DNA of 64,000 bases from a virus (IMGVR_UViG_3300006217_000002); one strand, 5' to 3'; numbered from the stretch's first letter, positions 1-9,296 are shown. Program-made: numbers and translations. The notes: generated by a model from the sequence alone, not told the origin.

Positions 1-1
1 T

Positions 2-130
2 GAATACTTAATATTCATGGTAATGACAATGTTATCAGGTAATAATATTATCAATACATCTGCTTCGGATATTGTCAAAGAGACTAAAGGTATAAAAGAT
101 TTAAGAGGAGAACTATTAAAGTTAATTTGA
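2..130 (+). CDS. 3' end of a gene truncated by the window edge (EYLIFMVMTMLSG...ELLKLI*)
   Basis: Open frame from base 2 to TGA at 128-130, followed by the RBS of the next gene. Confidence 0.7.
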   Translation, partial: EYLIFMVMTMLSGNNIINTSASDIVKETKGIKDLRGELLKLI

Positions 131-152
131 TAAGGAAGGAGATTTTTTAATA

Positions 153-464
153 ATGAATAAAACTCAAAGATTAGTAGGAAAGTTTGATATTCCTGAGGAA
201 TTAGCGAAAGAGCTTTCTGAATTACTCACAAAGCAAACTATCAGAACAAATATGTTACTTCAGGTACTCGATGATACTGATAAATATGAAAGTATCGAAA
301 ACAAGTTAATTCCAATTACATCGAGAATTGAAGCTATTAAGATCAGGATCACGAATGAATTTGTTCCTGCAGAATTCAATTCAATGAAATATGTATGGAA
401 TTATGACGGTTGGGAAGTAGCTGGTACAACAGTCAATGTGTTTGAAACTGTATATCAAAATTAA
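153..464 (+). CDS. 103-aa protein, candidate CXXX-repeat modification system accessory protein
   Basis: AAGGAG RBS. Size, N-terminal RLVGK, helical middle and C-terminal VP...W-x-YD recall the small accessory proteins of CXXX-repeat rSAM loci (by eye); lies next to the Cys-rich gene. Confidence 0.5.
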   Translation: MNKTQRLVGKFDIPEELAKELSELLTKQTIRTNMLLQVLDDTDKYESIENKLIPITSRIEAIKIRITNEFVPAEFNSMKYVWNYDGWEVAGTTVNVFETVYQN

Positions 465-472
465 ACAAAAGA

Positions 473-507
473 ATATTCAAGGGGAGGATCATCCTCCCCT
501 TGAATAT
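473..507. terminator. Bidirectional intrinsic terminator hairpin
   Basis: ATATTCAAGGGGAGGAT-C-ATCCTCCCCTTGAATAT between convergent genes. Confidence 0.8.
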
Positions 508-509
508 AT

Positions 510-647
510 TTATTTATTCTTTTCTTTATTTTTCTTTGAAGAATTTTTATTTTTATCTTCCAGAGCTCTCTTTGTAATGCTGGATTCTTTATTATAAAAT
601 TCTTCAACGTTAACATGTTTCACATATATGTCGTATAATATTCCCAT
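510..647 (-). CDS. 45-aa hypothetical protein (MGILYDIYVKHV...)
   Basis: Hand-translated; GGGAGAGG RBS; below the ORF-track cutoff. Confidence 0.6.
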   Translation of the reverse strand: MGILYDIYVKHVNVEEFYNKESSITKRALEDKNKNSSKKNKEKNK

Positions 648-658
648 CTTTCCTCTCC

Positions 659-952
659 CTAAATTTCAACTACGATAATTGGTTTGTTTAAAATTGCGGA
701 TATTCCAAAAATAGTAGTATTTAATTTGGGGTGAGCATCTATACTTTCTCTCATTAATGCTTCTTTTATGACTTTATTTCTCACAGATATGTTTTCTCTT
801 TCATATTCTTCATATCCATTGCAAAACATTTTGTCTATATTTACTGCATTAATATGAAAATAAAATTCTCCAGCTTGTTCCTTAGTATAGATATTTTCAG
901 GAATTTCTTCGTATAAAACCTCCTTAATATTACTCATTGAAATCACCTCCAT
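659..952 (-). CDS. Hypothetical protein
   Basis: 97-aa ORF translationally coupled to the Cys-rich gene. Confidence 0.7.
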   Translation of the reverse strand: MEVISMSNIKEVLYEEIPENIYTKEQAGEFYFHINAVNIDKMFCNGYEEYERENISVRNKVIKEALMRESIDAHPKLNTTIFGISAILNKPIIVVEI

Positions 953-3879
953 TAAATCTCTTCATATTCACTGATATCCATAGGTTTAGTGGAAGTAGGT
1001 TTTTCATCGTTTTTCAGAATAGCTTTAACTCTTGAAATAGGTATTACTGATAATAGATCTCCGTTGATAGTGGCATATCGCCTTTCATCTTGAGATTCAA
1101 CTACAATATTACCATTAGCAATATCTTTTATAATATCTTTAGGTATTGGCTCTATAGTTATATCATTCGCTGTAACTGGCATTGTAGGAAGAGCATATTT
1201 GAATCCATTAATGATTTTCATTACGTCTTCTGAATCAATTGGTATCAAATATCTTTCCATATCAGTGTCACGAAGCATTGTAACATGACGTTGAATAATA
1301 TATACCATATCTCCATCTTTATTATACAATGGACCTATTGTTTCAAATCCCCAAGGAAGTTTACTTTCTACATCTTCAGGAAGTAAAGGTATATCAGGAT
1401 TATTATAAACGCGGACTACAAATATACCTCTATTACCATCTAATGACGGTTTAGCTTCTGGTATTTCAGCTGCTAAGAAATCTTCATTAATAGAAATATC
1501 TCCGATTTCAGAATCTACATTCCATACTCCACCTATTAATGTAGTTGCGTATGTAACCCAAGTTAATCCATCTACACAAATCACTTCAAGGTTAAGTTTG
1601 TCATTAAATGTTATAAGGACCTTAGGATTAGTAGGTTCAGGTACTGGTTTCTTATAAGGAAGAATATCTGTATATATCTTAAATGATTCTCTTTCTTCCC
1701 ATCTATTCTTTGGATGAGGGTAAATATATCCATTAGCTATTGGATCTCTTTCAGGACCAGGAGTCTTAGTTGGTTCGCTCTTTAAAAATGTTGAGCAACT
1801 TCCAGAGCATGTGTTAATGCATACATTTGAACAATCACTTGCACATCCTCTATTACACGTAATATCACACCAGTAACTACACATGTTAGAACATGTAGAA
1901 CATCCATTTTCGCATTTAACTGAGCATACTCCTATACACATACCTACACATGAATAGCATAGATTAGAACATCCTCCACATTCCTCCGTACAAGAATGAA
2001 CACAGTTAGTTTCACATGAATGCTCACAAGTTGCTGTACATGTAATGTTACATGCTGCTCCACATCCGTTAGAACATTCTGAAACACATGGACCGCATTG
2101 CCAACCACACGAATTTACACAACTACTACATGTAGAAGAACATGCATCTTCACATAATGATGTACAAGATGAACTCATACAAGATAGTCTACAATTAGAA
2201 TCACAAGCTCCAGCATTATCAATACCACATATAGATCTACATCCCCATCCTACACAATTAGAATTACAATCATTTTGGCACATCCCTGTACATATATTAT
2301 TACATGCATGAAATGAAGCTTTATCTTTACATTCATCTTTACAATCGTTAATACATGTATCTTCACATCCCGATCCACAATGTGTAGAGCATTGATAAGC
2401 ACAATTATCCGAACATGTTTGTTTACAAGCGGAATAGCAAGTATGAATACATGTACCTTCGCAAACTCCTTTACATTCTCCTACACAGTTTATGGTACAA
2501 CCGCCTGAACAGCCTCTACCTTTTCCTGATTTAAATTCTCCAGAGTTTTCAGAAGCATTATCGATACATCCACCGTAACAAGAAGTAGAACAAGAATTTG
2601 TACACGAAGTAAAACATTTACTCATACAATCAGCATCCCAACATGTAGTTTTCTTGTTAGGATAGAATTGACATGTATAAGAACATCCCTGGCATGTATA
2701 GTATGTTGATTCTATATGATTAGAAGCATATTCTCCATTATGTCCGCCCTTTGTATAGATCTTTACTGTTTTAGCTCCAGCTTTTAAACATGAATATCCA
2801 GATGTATTTTCACATTTTGTTTTACAAGAAGAATAGCACATAGTACTACATCCTGTACAAAGGTTTCCACAACTAGATGTACATGCGTTTCCGCATCTAT
2901 TCCAACAAGTAGTACTACACGATTCTGAACATTCATTATCACATGTTTGATAACATAAGCCTGTACATGCAACGTTACATGATGTTCTAACTCCTCCTTT
3001 TACAGGTCTTGAAACATACATGTTTCCCATCTCTGGGTTTCGTGGATTAGGACCATATGATGATGATTTCACTCCACCCTGAGTGATATGAGTTCTTTCG
3101 TCCTTTCGATCATGACCTTGGTCATTCCAATCTCTATCCACAATAGGAGATATAAAAGGATTATAAGGATGGAAATCTCCATCACCAGGTTTTGCTCCAT
3201 AATCGTCATAAAAATTTTTCTCATTTAATCCTTCAAATTCTAATGCTTCTTCTCCATCACTTTCTCCAGATGGCATTACATATTGACCATTTTCCATAGG
3301 ATATGTTATATTTACATTCTCCGGATATCTTGGATTTCTGTAATCAGTAATATTACCATTAGGATCCGGCTTTACAGGAGATAAATCTGATTCTGAAAGA
3401 GGTTTATTTAACTCACTAGCTTCAGCTGCTATTAGTGCCTCCTCTATACCATTGGGATCTCTGAAAGCTGTATATTCAACCTCATCTCTTCCATAGAATA
3501 AATTAATATCCTGAATCTTTGATAATCCTACCAAAAAGTTTCTCATTTCATCAAATGACATTTTAGCTGCAGATGTATTAGGAACACTAGTTTCATCACT
3601 AGGATCCTCACCAGCTGGATTTTCTCCTCTGTCAGGATATAACACATTCTTAGTTTTTTCAATAGATCCATCTGATGGATTATTGATAGTATACGTTTTT
3701 TCATTAACAGGAAATCTATCACCTATTTCTGGTATTGATAACGGAGAAGATTTATCTTGACCAACAGATGGAGTAGTTAATGGATCCCACCACTTAAAAG
3801 TTCCTCTACGCTGGATTTCCTGATTTAATCGTTTTTTAATTTCTGTAAATTCTGTATTTGACCATAAATTATTATTCAA
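952..3879 (-). CDS. 975-aa protein with a central CXXX-repeat (about 85 Cys) region; putative radical-SAM modification target
   Basis: About 400-aa core of C-x3-C / C-x2-C repeats, flanked by an N-terminal acidic/Pro-rich region (about 295 aa) and a C-terminal globular-looking region (about 270 aa); GGAGGTG RBS. Confidence 0.85.
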   Translation of the reverse strand: MNNNLWSNTEFTEIKKRLNQEIQRRGTFKWWDPLTTPSVGQDKSSPLSIPEIGDRFPVNEKTYTINNPSDGSIEKTKNVLYPDRGENPAGEDPSDETSVPNTSAAKMSFDEMRNFLVGLSKIQDINLFYGRDEVEYTAFRDPNGIEEALIAAEASELNKPLSESDLSPVKPDPNGNITDYRNPRYPENVNITYPMENGQYVMPSGESDGEEALEFEGLNEKNFYDDYGAKPGDGDFHPYNPFISPIVDRDWNDQGHDRKDERTHITQGGVKSSSYGPNPRNPEMGNMYVSRPVKGGVRTSCNVACTGLCYQTCDNECSESCSTTCWNRCGNACTSSCGNLCTGCSTMCYSSCKTKCENTSGYSCLKAGAKTVKIYTKGGHNGEYASNHIESTYYTCQGCSYTCQFYPNKKTTCWDADCMSKCFTSCTNSCSTSCYGGCIDNASENSGEFKSGKGRGCSGGCTINCVGECKGVCEGTCIHTCYSACKQTCSDNCAYQCSTHCGSGCEDTCINDCKDECKDKASFHACNNICTGMCQNDCNSNCVGWGCRSICGIDNAGACDSNCRLSCMSSSCTSLCEDACSSTCSSCVNSCGWQCGPCVSECSNGCGAACNITCTATCEHSCETNCVHSCTEECGGCSNLCYSCVGMCIGVCSVKCENGCSTCSNMCSYWCDITCNRGCASDCSNVCINTCSGSCSTFLKSEPTKTPGPERDPIANGYIYPHPKNRWEERESFKIYTDILPYKKPVPEPTNPKVLITFNDKLNLEVICVDGLTWVTYATTLIGGVWNVDSEIGDISINEDFLAAEIPEAKPSLDGNRGIFVVRVYNNPDIPLLPEDVESKLPWGFETIGPLYNKDGDMVYIIQRHVTMLRDTDMERYLIPIDSEDVMKIINGFKYALPTMPVTANDITIEPIPKDIIKDIANGNIVVESQDERRYATINGDLLSVIPISRVKAILKNDEKPTSTKPMDISEYEEI
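1786..2982 (-). repeat. Cys-x3 periodic repeat tract (protein level)
   Basis: SCNVACTGLCYQTC...CINTCSGSCSTF; 85 Cys by manual count. Confidence 0.95.
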
Positions 3880-3995
3880 TTAAATCACCTCCATAGATTT
3901 AAATCTTTAATAAATCGTTGAATTAAATAATAGATACAATCTAATAAGCTGAGAAGTATAAGCTTTATCCTATAAACTGAAAGGAGATAATTAAA

Positions 3996-4277
3996 ATGGC
4001 TAAGACTAACTTTAATGATCTTATCAAAGAAGATCCAGAACTGGCAGCAGGTATTCTTCAGAACTCTTTTATTCATGTCGTGAATAATATGATTCCGAAT
4101 ATCTATCTTACTAAAGAGGAATACAAACAGCTTGTAGGGATTATTCTTGCAGGTAATGCTAAAGATCCTGATGAAGTAGAAGGTTCTGAAAACTCTGGAA
4201 ATGAGGGTGGAGAAGATCCTAGCGATCCTAAAGAACCTGTGAAAGAGGAAGGTGGCGGAGACGTTACTACCGAATAA
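3996..4277 (+). CDS. 93-aa hypothetical protein with acidic Gly/Glu tail
   Basis: AAGGAG RBS; codon usage like other highly expressed genes here. Confidence 0.8.
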   Translation: MAKTNFNDLIKEDPELAAGILQNSFIHVVNNMIPNIYLTKEEYKQLVGIILAGNAKDPDEVEGSENSGNEGGEDPSDPKEPVKEEGGGDVTTE

Positions 4278-4315
4278 GGAAGTACCTCCGTAAACTATAA
4301 TCCGGTTAGGATTAA

Positions 4316-4349
4316 AATATGATGGAGGGGAATTCCCCTCCATCATATT
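4316..4349. terminator. Perfect 34-bp palindrome, bidirectional terminator
   Basis: AATATGATGGAGGGGAA|TTCCCCTCCATCATATT between convergent genes. Confidence 0.8.
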
Positions 4350-6168
4350 ATTCTTTATTTTTATTTTCAATTACGCTTATCATCGCATATGATTCTAATG
4401 CTTTAAGTAAATTTAGTTCGTCTTCATCAATAACTAGAAGAGCCCACTTATCCGGAACATTATTCTTTCTAACACTTAAATTATATTCAGGATGTTTGAT
4501 ACATAAAGCATTCCAGTAATATACGTTTGCCAATGCTTCAGCAATCATCTGAATGCAAGTAAACATTGTTTTCTTATTAAGAACACCATATGTTTGATAA
4601 CCTAAAGCTGAACAAGCAGCACAATCATTTGAAATTGGGCATTCATAACAAATATCATTTGATTGAGCTCTCCTAGTATTCCTATCAAGTTCAAATAATA
4701 TTTTTGACTCATCACTTCTCTCTATCATTCCAGTATTAACATTGCCTATACTCATATTGGGAAGATCGTCTCCAACTGATGTAGGCATATATCTAATACA
4801 AGGATAGAAATCTCCATTCGGTCTCATAGATAACATACTAGCAGATCCCCCTCCACAGAAGTTGCTATCCTGTGACGGATCCATCATATCTTCCTGACGT
4901 TCGTTGAATATAGCTATATAAAGATTTTCAAGATTATTATCAAGGATATAATCTGCTAGTTTTTTCAATTGCTCATATTCTATCAATGCAGTTTTTTGAT
5001 TCCATCCCTCTTCAAATACACAGTTAATATTTATAACTGACATCCCATTATTAATGAAATCAACTACTGAATCAAATAGGTATGATATATTAGATGGAGC
5101 TAAAGTCATTTTAGAATTTCTTTCTGGAGTAAAATGTTCATTGAAATGATTTAATGCTGCCATACTTATATCATAGCTTCCTTCACCATTAGGTTGAATT
5201 CTGCAAGAATCATGAAGTTCTTTATTTCCATCAATAGAAATATTAAATGACACTTGAGATACGTAGTCTTTAAAAAACTGCTGTACATTGTCATTGAAAT
5301 ATTGGAGCCCATTAGAGCATATAGATAGCCTATGGAATGTAAACCATGGATGATTTAATTCATAGCATCTATCAAGAAAATATTCATAAATCTGTCTAGT
5401 TAAATCAATTTCTAATAGAGGTTCTCCTCCAATAAATTCGATAATGACAGCTGGAGAATTATATCTATTAATATATCCATAATCATCATTAAGAAGATGA
5501 TCGATAAACTTTTTAGCAGTTTCGAAATTCATTCTTGCTGGAGTTTTATTACATTGATAGCAATATGTACATGATAACGAACATGCTTCAGTTGTTTGGA
5601 ATGTAAAGTTATGAACAAATACATCTTTATCGTCACCTACACCAAGATGAGATTGGTGTTTATTTTCAAATAATTCAGGAAATGCTTTAGCTATTCCATC
5701 GTTATATGAATCAGTAAAAAACCTAAAATATTCATTTGGAAACATATTAAACGGTTTAGATGAATAGATTATATTATCTACATATTCCAAGTATTCTTTA
5801 TTTTCAGATACAAGTACCATTGTGAATTTAACATAAGATGTATCAATAATAACATCCTTTGCTAATACATCTTTGATATCTTCAAGATGATAAGGATCTG
5901 GTATAGTAATAATTTCAGTTAAAAAATTATATAAAAATATACCAAAATATTTCCTTATTTCTAATCCTTTATTTGTAAATTCTGCTTTAAGATCATCAAC
6001 TTTATCAATATCTCTATTATGTTTAATCATATATTTCAATCTAAACATAATAGCATCTATTTCGATAGATAATCTGTCTAATCTGTAATCACCAAATGTA
6101 TCAAGCATATATTTATCAAATTGAATTTTATATAATTTGACATCTTTTTCTAATTTAAAAGCTTTCAT
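4348..6168 (-). CDS. Radical SAM/SPASM peptide maturase, CXXX-repeat target family, with about 190-aa N-terminal extension
   Basis: CxxxCxxC (TEACSLSCTYCYQ), IEFIGGEPLL, SIDGNKELHDSCR, SPASM Cys set (FCGGG...FYPCIRY...CYECPISNDCAACS...TC). ATG at 6168 with AAGGAG preferred over TTG at 6186. Confidence 0.9.
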   Translation of the reverse strand: MKAFKLEKDVKLYKIQFDKYMLDTFGDYRLDRLSIEIDAIMFRLKYMIKHNRDIDKVDDLKAEFTNKGLEIRKYFGIFLYNFLTEIITIPDPYHLEDIKDVLAKDVIIDTSYVKFTMVLVSENKEYLEYVDNIIYSSKPFNMFPNEYFRFFTDSYNDGIAKAFPELFENKHQSHLGVGDDKDVFVHNFTFQTTEACSLSCTYCYQCNKTPARMNFETAKKFIDHLLNDDYGYINRYNSPAVIIEFIGGEPLLEIDLTRQIYEYFLDRCYELNHPWFTFHRLSICSNGLQYFNDNVQQFFKDYVSQVSFNISIDGNKELHDSCRIQPNGEGSYDISMAALNHFNEHFTPERNSKMTLAPSNISYLFDSVVDFINNGMSVININCVFEEGWNQKTALIEYEQLKKLADYILDNNLENLYIAIFNERQEDMMDPSQDSNFCGGGSASMLSMRPNGDFYPCIRYMPTSVGDDLPNMSIGNVNTGMIERSDESKILFELDRNTRRAQSNDICYECPISNDCAACSALGYQTYGVLNKKTMFTCIQMIAEALANVYYWNALCIKHPEYNLSVRKNNVPDKWALLVIDEDELNLLKALESYAMISVIENKNKE

Positions 6169-6224
6169 TATATTAACTCCTTTCAAAGAATATTTATAAA
6201 GCTAGTGATTATAAAATGTAAAAT

Positions 6225-6259
6225 AATTATAAGGGGGATATAATATCCCCCTTATAATT
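6225..6259. terminator. Intrinsic terminator hairpin
   Basis: AATTATAAGGGGGATAT-A-ATATCCCCCTTATAATT directly after the stop of 6260..7792. Confidence 0.8.
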
Positions 6260-7792
6260 TTATAAACCGAGTTTACTTCTTAGAATAGGTACTAGTTTAT
6301 CAGCTAATTCTTCTAAGGTTATTTCGTTAGCACTATTCCCACTAGCATCTATCGTATTGCCAATAATAGTATTATATGAACATGCCATATGTCTAGGTAA
6401 TACAATCTTATCCTGAAGATGCCTTCTTGCGATAGCTCTGCTAATTATATGATTTTCATGAACTGATTGATCCCACAACTCATTTTCAGTTACCCATTCA
6501 AGATATGCTAACCTCTGTAATCCTGCAACTCTAACGTCATCTGACATTGTAGATTCATCGTCATTCACATAGAAACGAATAGAACCATGAGAAGTTCCAG
6601 ATATCATAGTAATCTTTGTTATCATCCCAAATCCATCAATATCTTCTTTACTGTAATAATTATTTAGGAACCCAGGAAATGCTGATTCGACAGCTTTACC
6701 TAATTCCATAGCCATGTTATCAGAGTTTAAGATTTCACTTATAACAGTAGGCATATTAATAGACATTCCATTGATAGAGTCTATAAAATGATTATCATTG
6801 TATTTGGTATAAGTTCCCAAAGTAGAATAATCCCATGAATAAGTTCCATCAGTATTCTTTCTACAAATAGCAATCTCATCATGAGAGGTAACTCCCTTAC
6901 GAATTATATACATCTTTCTATGATATTTAACACTTGCTTCAGGAAGATCATCTCTACTATCAATGACAGTAATATCATCAATCCAATCATGAATATCAGG
7001 AAGAGTACTTTTAAAATGATCAAGACGGTAATCCATATAATCAACTAATGCTCTCGATGATGGATATGTTTCATATGTCACTCTACTATCGTCCAACATT
7101 GTTGAAAGCTTATTCGATACATTTTCTTTTTTATCGAATAAATTTATATGAGCCTGAGGATCATCATAATGCAATGCTGCAGTTCCTAATGTTCCTTCAA
7201 GTCTATCTTCTAAAGTGTTATGAAGATCATCTACATAATTCCATAGTGTAGATAGACTTCTTCTAATATCAGTATGAACTGTATTCTTAGTTGATAGATT
7301 ATGAAGATCAATCAATCTTAAAATAAATGCTTCTAATGCATCATTAAGATTTAATTGATCAATAGTTACGCCATGAGGATTATTGTTGTCAGTAAGATGC
7401 TTATAAAGATCTTCAAGATTCATTTCAAAATCATAATCCTGAAGAATATTCATGATAGTTTCTCTTTGAATGTCAGATAATGGTTTATCTTTATCAGATG
7501 TATTATCTACATTTCCTAAACCAATAGTCTCTGGAGTAATAATAACATCATCTGTCATTCCATTAACACTAGTAACTGGAAATACAATAGTACCTCTTCC
7601 TCCTGTAATAATTTCTTGTCTTAAATCAGCAATGATTTCCCTAAGATTTTTCTTTTCTGGGCTTAATTGATCAAATACTTGATCAAGTATAGTCGCAGGC
7701 CATACTGTATCCATTTTAGATGTATTAGGATTAGATTCATCTTCTAGTACATATAGATCTCTAGGAAGATCATCTCTATATCTATCAGACAT
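6260..7792 (-). CDS. Putative virion structural protein (tail fibre/baseplate-associated)
   Basis: Typical fibre motifs VTSVNGMT, GLGNVDNTSDKDKP, HLTDNNNPHGVT. Confidence 0.65.
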   Translation of the reverse strand: MSDRYRDDLPRDLYVLEDESNPNTSKMDTVWPATILDQVFDQLSPEKKNLREIIADLRQEIITGGRGTIVFPVTSVNGMTDDVIITPETIGLGNVDNTSDKDKPLSDIQRETIMNILQDYDFEMNLEDLYKHLTDNNNPHGVTIDQLNLNDALEAFILRLIDLHNLSTKNTVHTDIRRSLSTLWNYVDDLHNTLEDRLEGTLGTAALHYDDPQAHINLFDKKENVSNKLSTMLDDSRVTYETYPSSRALVDYMDYRLDHFKSTLPDIHDWIDDITVIDSRDDLPEASVKYHRKMYIIRKGVTSHDEIAICRKNTDGTYSWDYSTLGTYTKYNDNHFIDSINGMSINMPTVISEILNSDNMAMELGKAVESAFPGFLNNYYSKEDIDGFGMITKITMISGTSHGSIRFYVNDDESTMSDDVRVAGLQRLAYLEWVTENELWDQSVHENHIISRAIARRHLQDKIVLPRHMACSYNTIIGNTIDASGNSANEITLEELADKLVPILRSKLGL

Positions 7793-7869
7793 AATAACTT
7801 CCTCCTTTTCTTTAATATAATATCCTTAACGTTCATTATAACTTTCGTTCAATATAGCATAGGTGTAAT

Positions 7870-7879
7870 TATATATTAT
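7870..7879 (+). promoter_or_regulatory. TATATATTAT putative phage promoter motif
   Basis: Exact copy about 33 nt upstream of 7912. Confidence 0.6.
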
Positions 7880-7911
7880 ATCTGAAATAAATAGAAAGGA
7901 GTAATGTTATT

Positions 7912-8256
7912 ATGCTACTTACAAAACCTGATGCAATTAAATTCGATAGTACTAGAGATATAGTTGATTATGTCTCCAAAGGTCTTCCGCCGACAAAGAA
8001 AAACTATACAGCTCTGATGAACAGTGTTCATGCTCCAACTGCTAATGCTGCAGAAACAAAAAATGGAGCAGTGTTTATTGATGAGCAACTCTTCATCAAT
8101 TGTGACAAAGAAACTTTTGAAGCTGTATTAGACCAGATCTATGAAAATCGCATCCGTAATCGTAATATCGCTATTGGTATCGGAGCAGCAGCTGTTGTTG
8201 GATTAGTCTTCGGAATTCATAAACATAATGAAAAAGAAAATGAAGATGAAGATTAA
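7912..8256 (+). CDS. Hypothetical protein with C-terminal transmembrane helix
   Basis: IAIGIGAAAVVGLVFGI hydrophobic segment; AAGGAG RBS. Confidence 0.8.
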   Translation: MLLTKPDAIKFDSTRDIVDYVSKGLPPTKKNYTALMNSVHAPTANAAETKNGAVFIDEQLFINCDKETFEAVLDQIYENRIRNRNIAIGIGAAAVVGLVFGIHKHNEKENEDED

Positions 8257-8266
8257 ATAACAACGG

Positions 8267-8297
8267 ATAATAGGGGCTTGTAACAAGCCCCTATTAT
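8267..8297. terminator. Bidirectional terminator hairpin
   Basis: ATAATAGGGGCTTGT-A-ACAAGCCCCTATTAT plus T tract. Confidence 0.8.
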
Positions 8298-8300
8298 TTT

Positions 8301-8435
8301 TTATTCATTTTCCGTCTCATTTAACATTGTGATATATGTGTCGCATTTGTCTCTATTTCTACATTCTTCACATTTATCAAGAGTAACATACTCACCAGGA
8401 TCAAGTTCACATGGAAACTTTTCAGGATTTCTCAA
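8301..8435 (-). CDS. 44-aa four-Cys miniprotein (MRNPEKFPCELDPGEYVTLDKCEECRNRDKCDTYITMLNETENE)
   Basis: Hand-translated; TTG start with GAGGTG RBS; C-x12-C-x2-C-x5-C; directly downstream of the QueC-like gene. Confidence 0.65.
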   Translation of the reverse strand: MRNPEKFPCELDPGEYVTLDKCEECRNRDKCDTYITMLNETENE

Positions 8436-8455
8436 TATTATCACCTCATTTATAT

Positions 8456-9271
8456 CTACTCCTCTTTTTTAACATCATGTATGTTAACAGAACTTATTTC
8501 GGAATATTTTACATCTTCAGAATTATTTAGTTTTTCTAACTGTCTAGTAGCAAATTCTTTGATATATGTTGGAGAATTATTTAATCCATCAATCAAACAT
8601 CTTAGTGCCGATAAATGAGTTTTACACGGATCGCATTTCTTACAAGGTTCATTAACATCATTAGGCATTTCACAGAACCATGTTGTATCATAAATATCAT
8701 AATTGATTAGTCTTTCAATAACATCTCGTTTAGTAAAAGCAAGATAAGGCTCTCTGAAATGTAAATCTCTACATAGAGTGCCTGAAATACCTTCAAGCAT
8801 TTTATGATACTCTTCAAGTTTTATATTAAGCTGATCTTCTTGTATTGCTCCTGTATATACATAATCACCGCTTGAACAATATAAAGGTATACTTAATGCC
8901 CATATTACAGCTTGACCAAATCCTGCATTACTTATGTATACTCCACCATTTAGATCATTTTCATTTATAACGATTTCTTTATGTGTAAATGATCCATATT
9001 TAGGACCTTTTAGATCCATCTTTGACTTAAATAACTGCCTATGCAATCTTTCACTTTCAATTTTATTTTTAGTTAAATATGGCATAATGTATGATATTGC
9101 TACAACTTTATCAGATCCATATGCATCTAATAGTTCATATAAAAGTAAAGTAGAATCACATCCACCACTCCACATAACAAAATGTTTAGAATTACTTTCT
9201 GTATTTTGATAAGATGTTGATATGTGATTCATATTTGGTTTAAATGGTAAATATATACCTTTTTCTATCAT
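8456..9271 (-). CDS. Divergent QueC-like PP-loop ATPase
   Basis: SGGCDST PP-loop; C-terminal Zn motif WFC-x8-CxxCxxC; lacks the canonical QueC VPxRN and YPDCR motifs. Confidence 0.75.
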   Translation of the reverse strand: MIEKGIYLPFKPNMNHISTSYQNTESNSKHFVMWSGGCDSTLLLYELLDAYGSDKVVAISYIMPYLTKNKIESERLHRQLFKSKMDLKGPKYGSFTHKEIVINENDLNGGVYISNAGFGQAVIWALSIPLYCSSGDYVYTGAIQEDQLNIKLEEYHKMLEGISGTLCRDLHFREPYLAFTKRDVIERLINYDIYDTTWFCEMPNDVNEPCKKCDPCKTHLSALRCLIDGLNNSPTYIKEFATRQLEKLNNSEDVKYSEISSVNIHDVKKEE

Positions 9272-9296
9272 TTATTATTATCCTCCTTGAAAAAAT

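Noticed and set aside
2045-2311. His/Gln-rich plus-strand ORF (also 2784..2972)
   Set aside because: Antisense or off-frame shadow of the Cys-codon tract; no RBS
3885-4370. 161-aa minus-strand ORF (and 4319..4519 on plus)
   Set aside because: Antisense to the RBS-supported gene 3996..4277 and runs through the palindromic terminator
4348-6168. rSAM as QueE partner of the QueC-like gene
   Set aside because: QueE is short and has no SPASM domain; this protein is about 600 aa with a full SPASM Cys set
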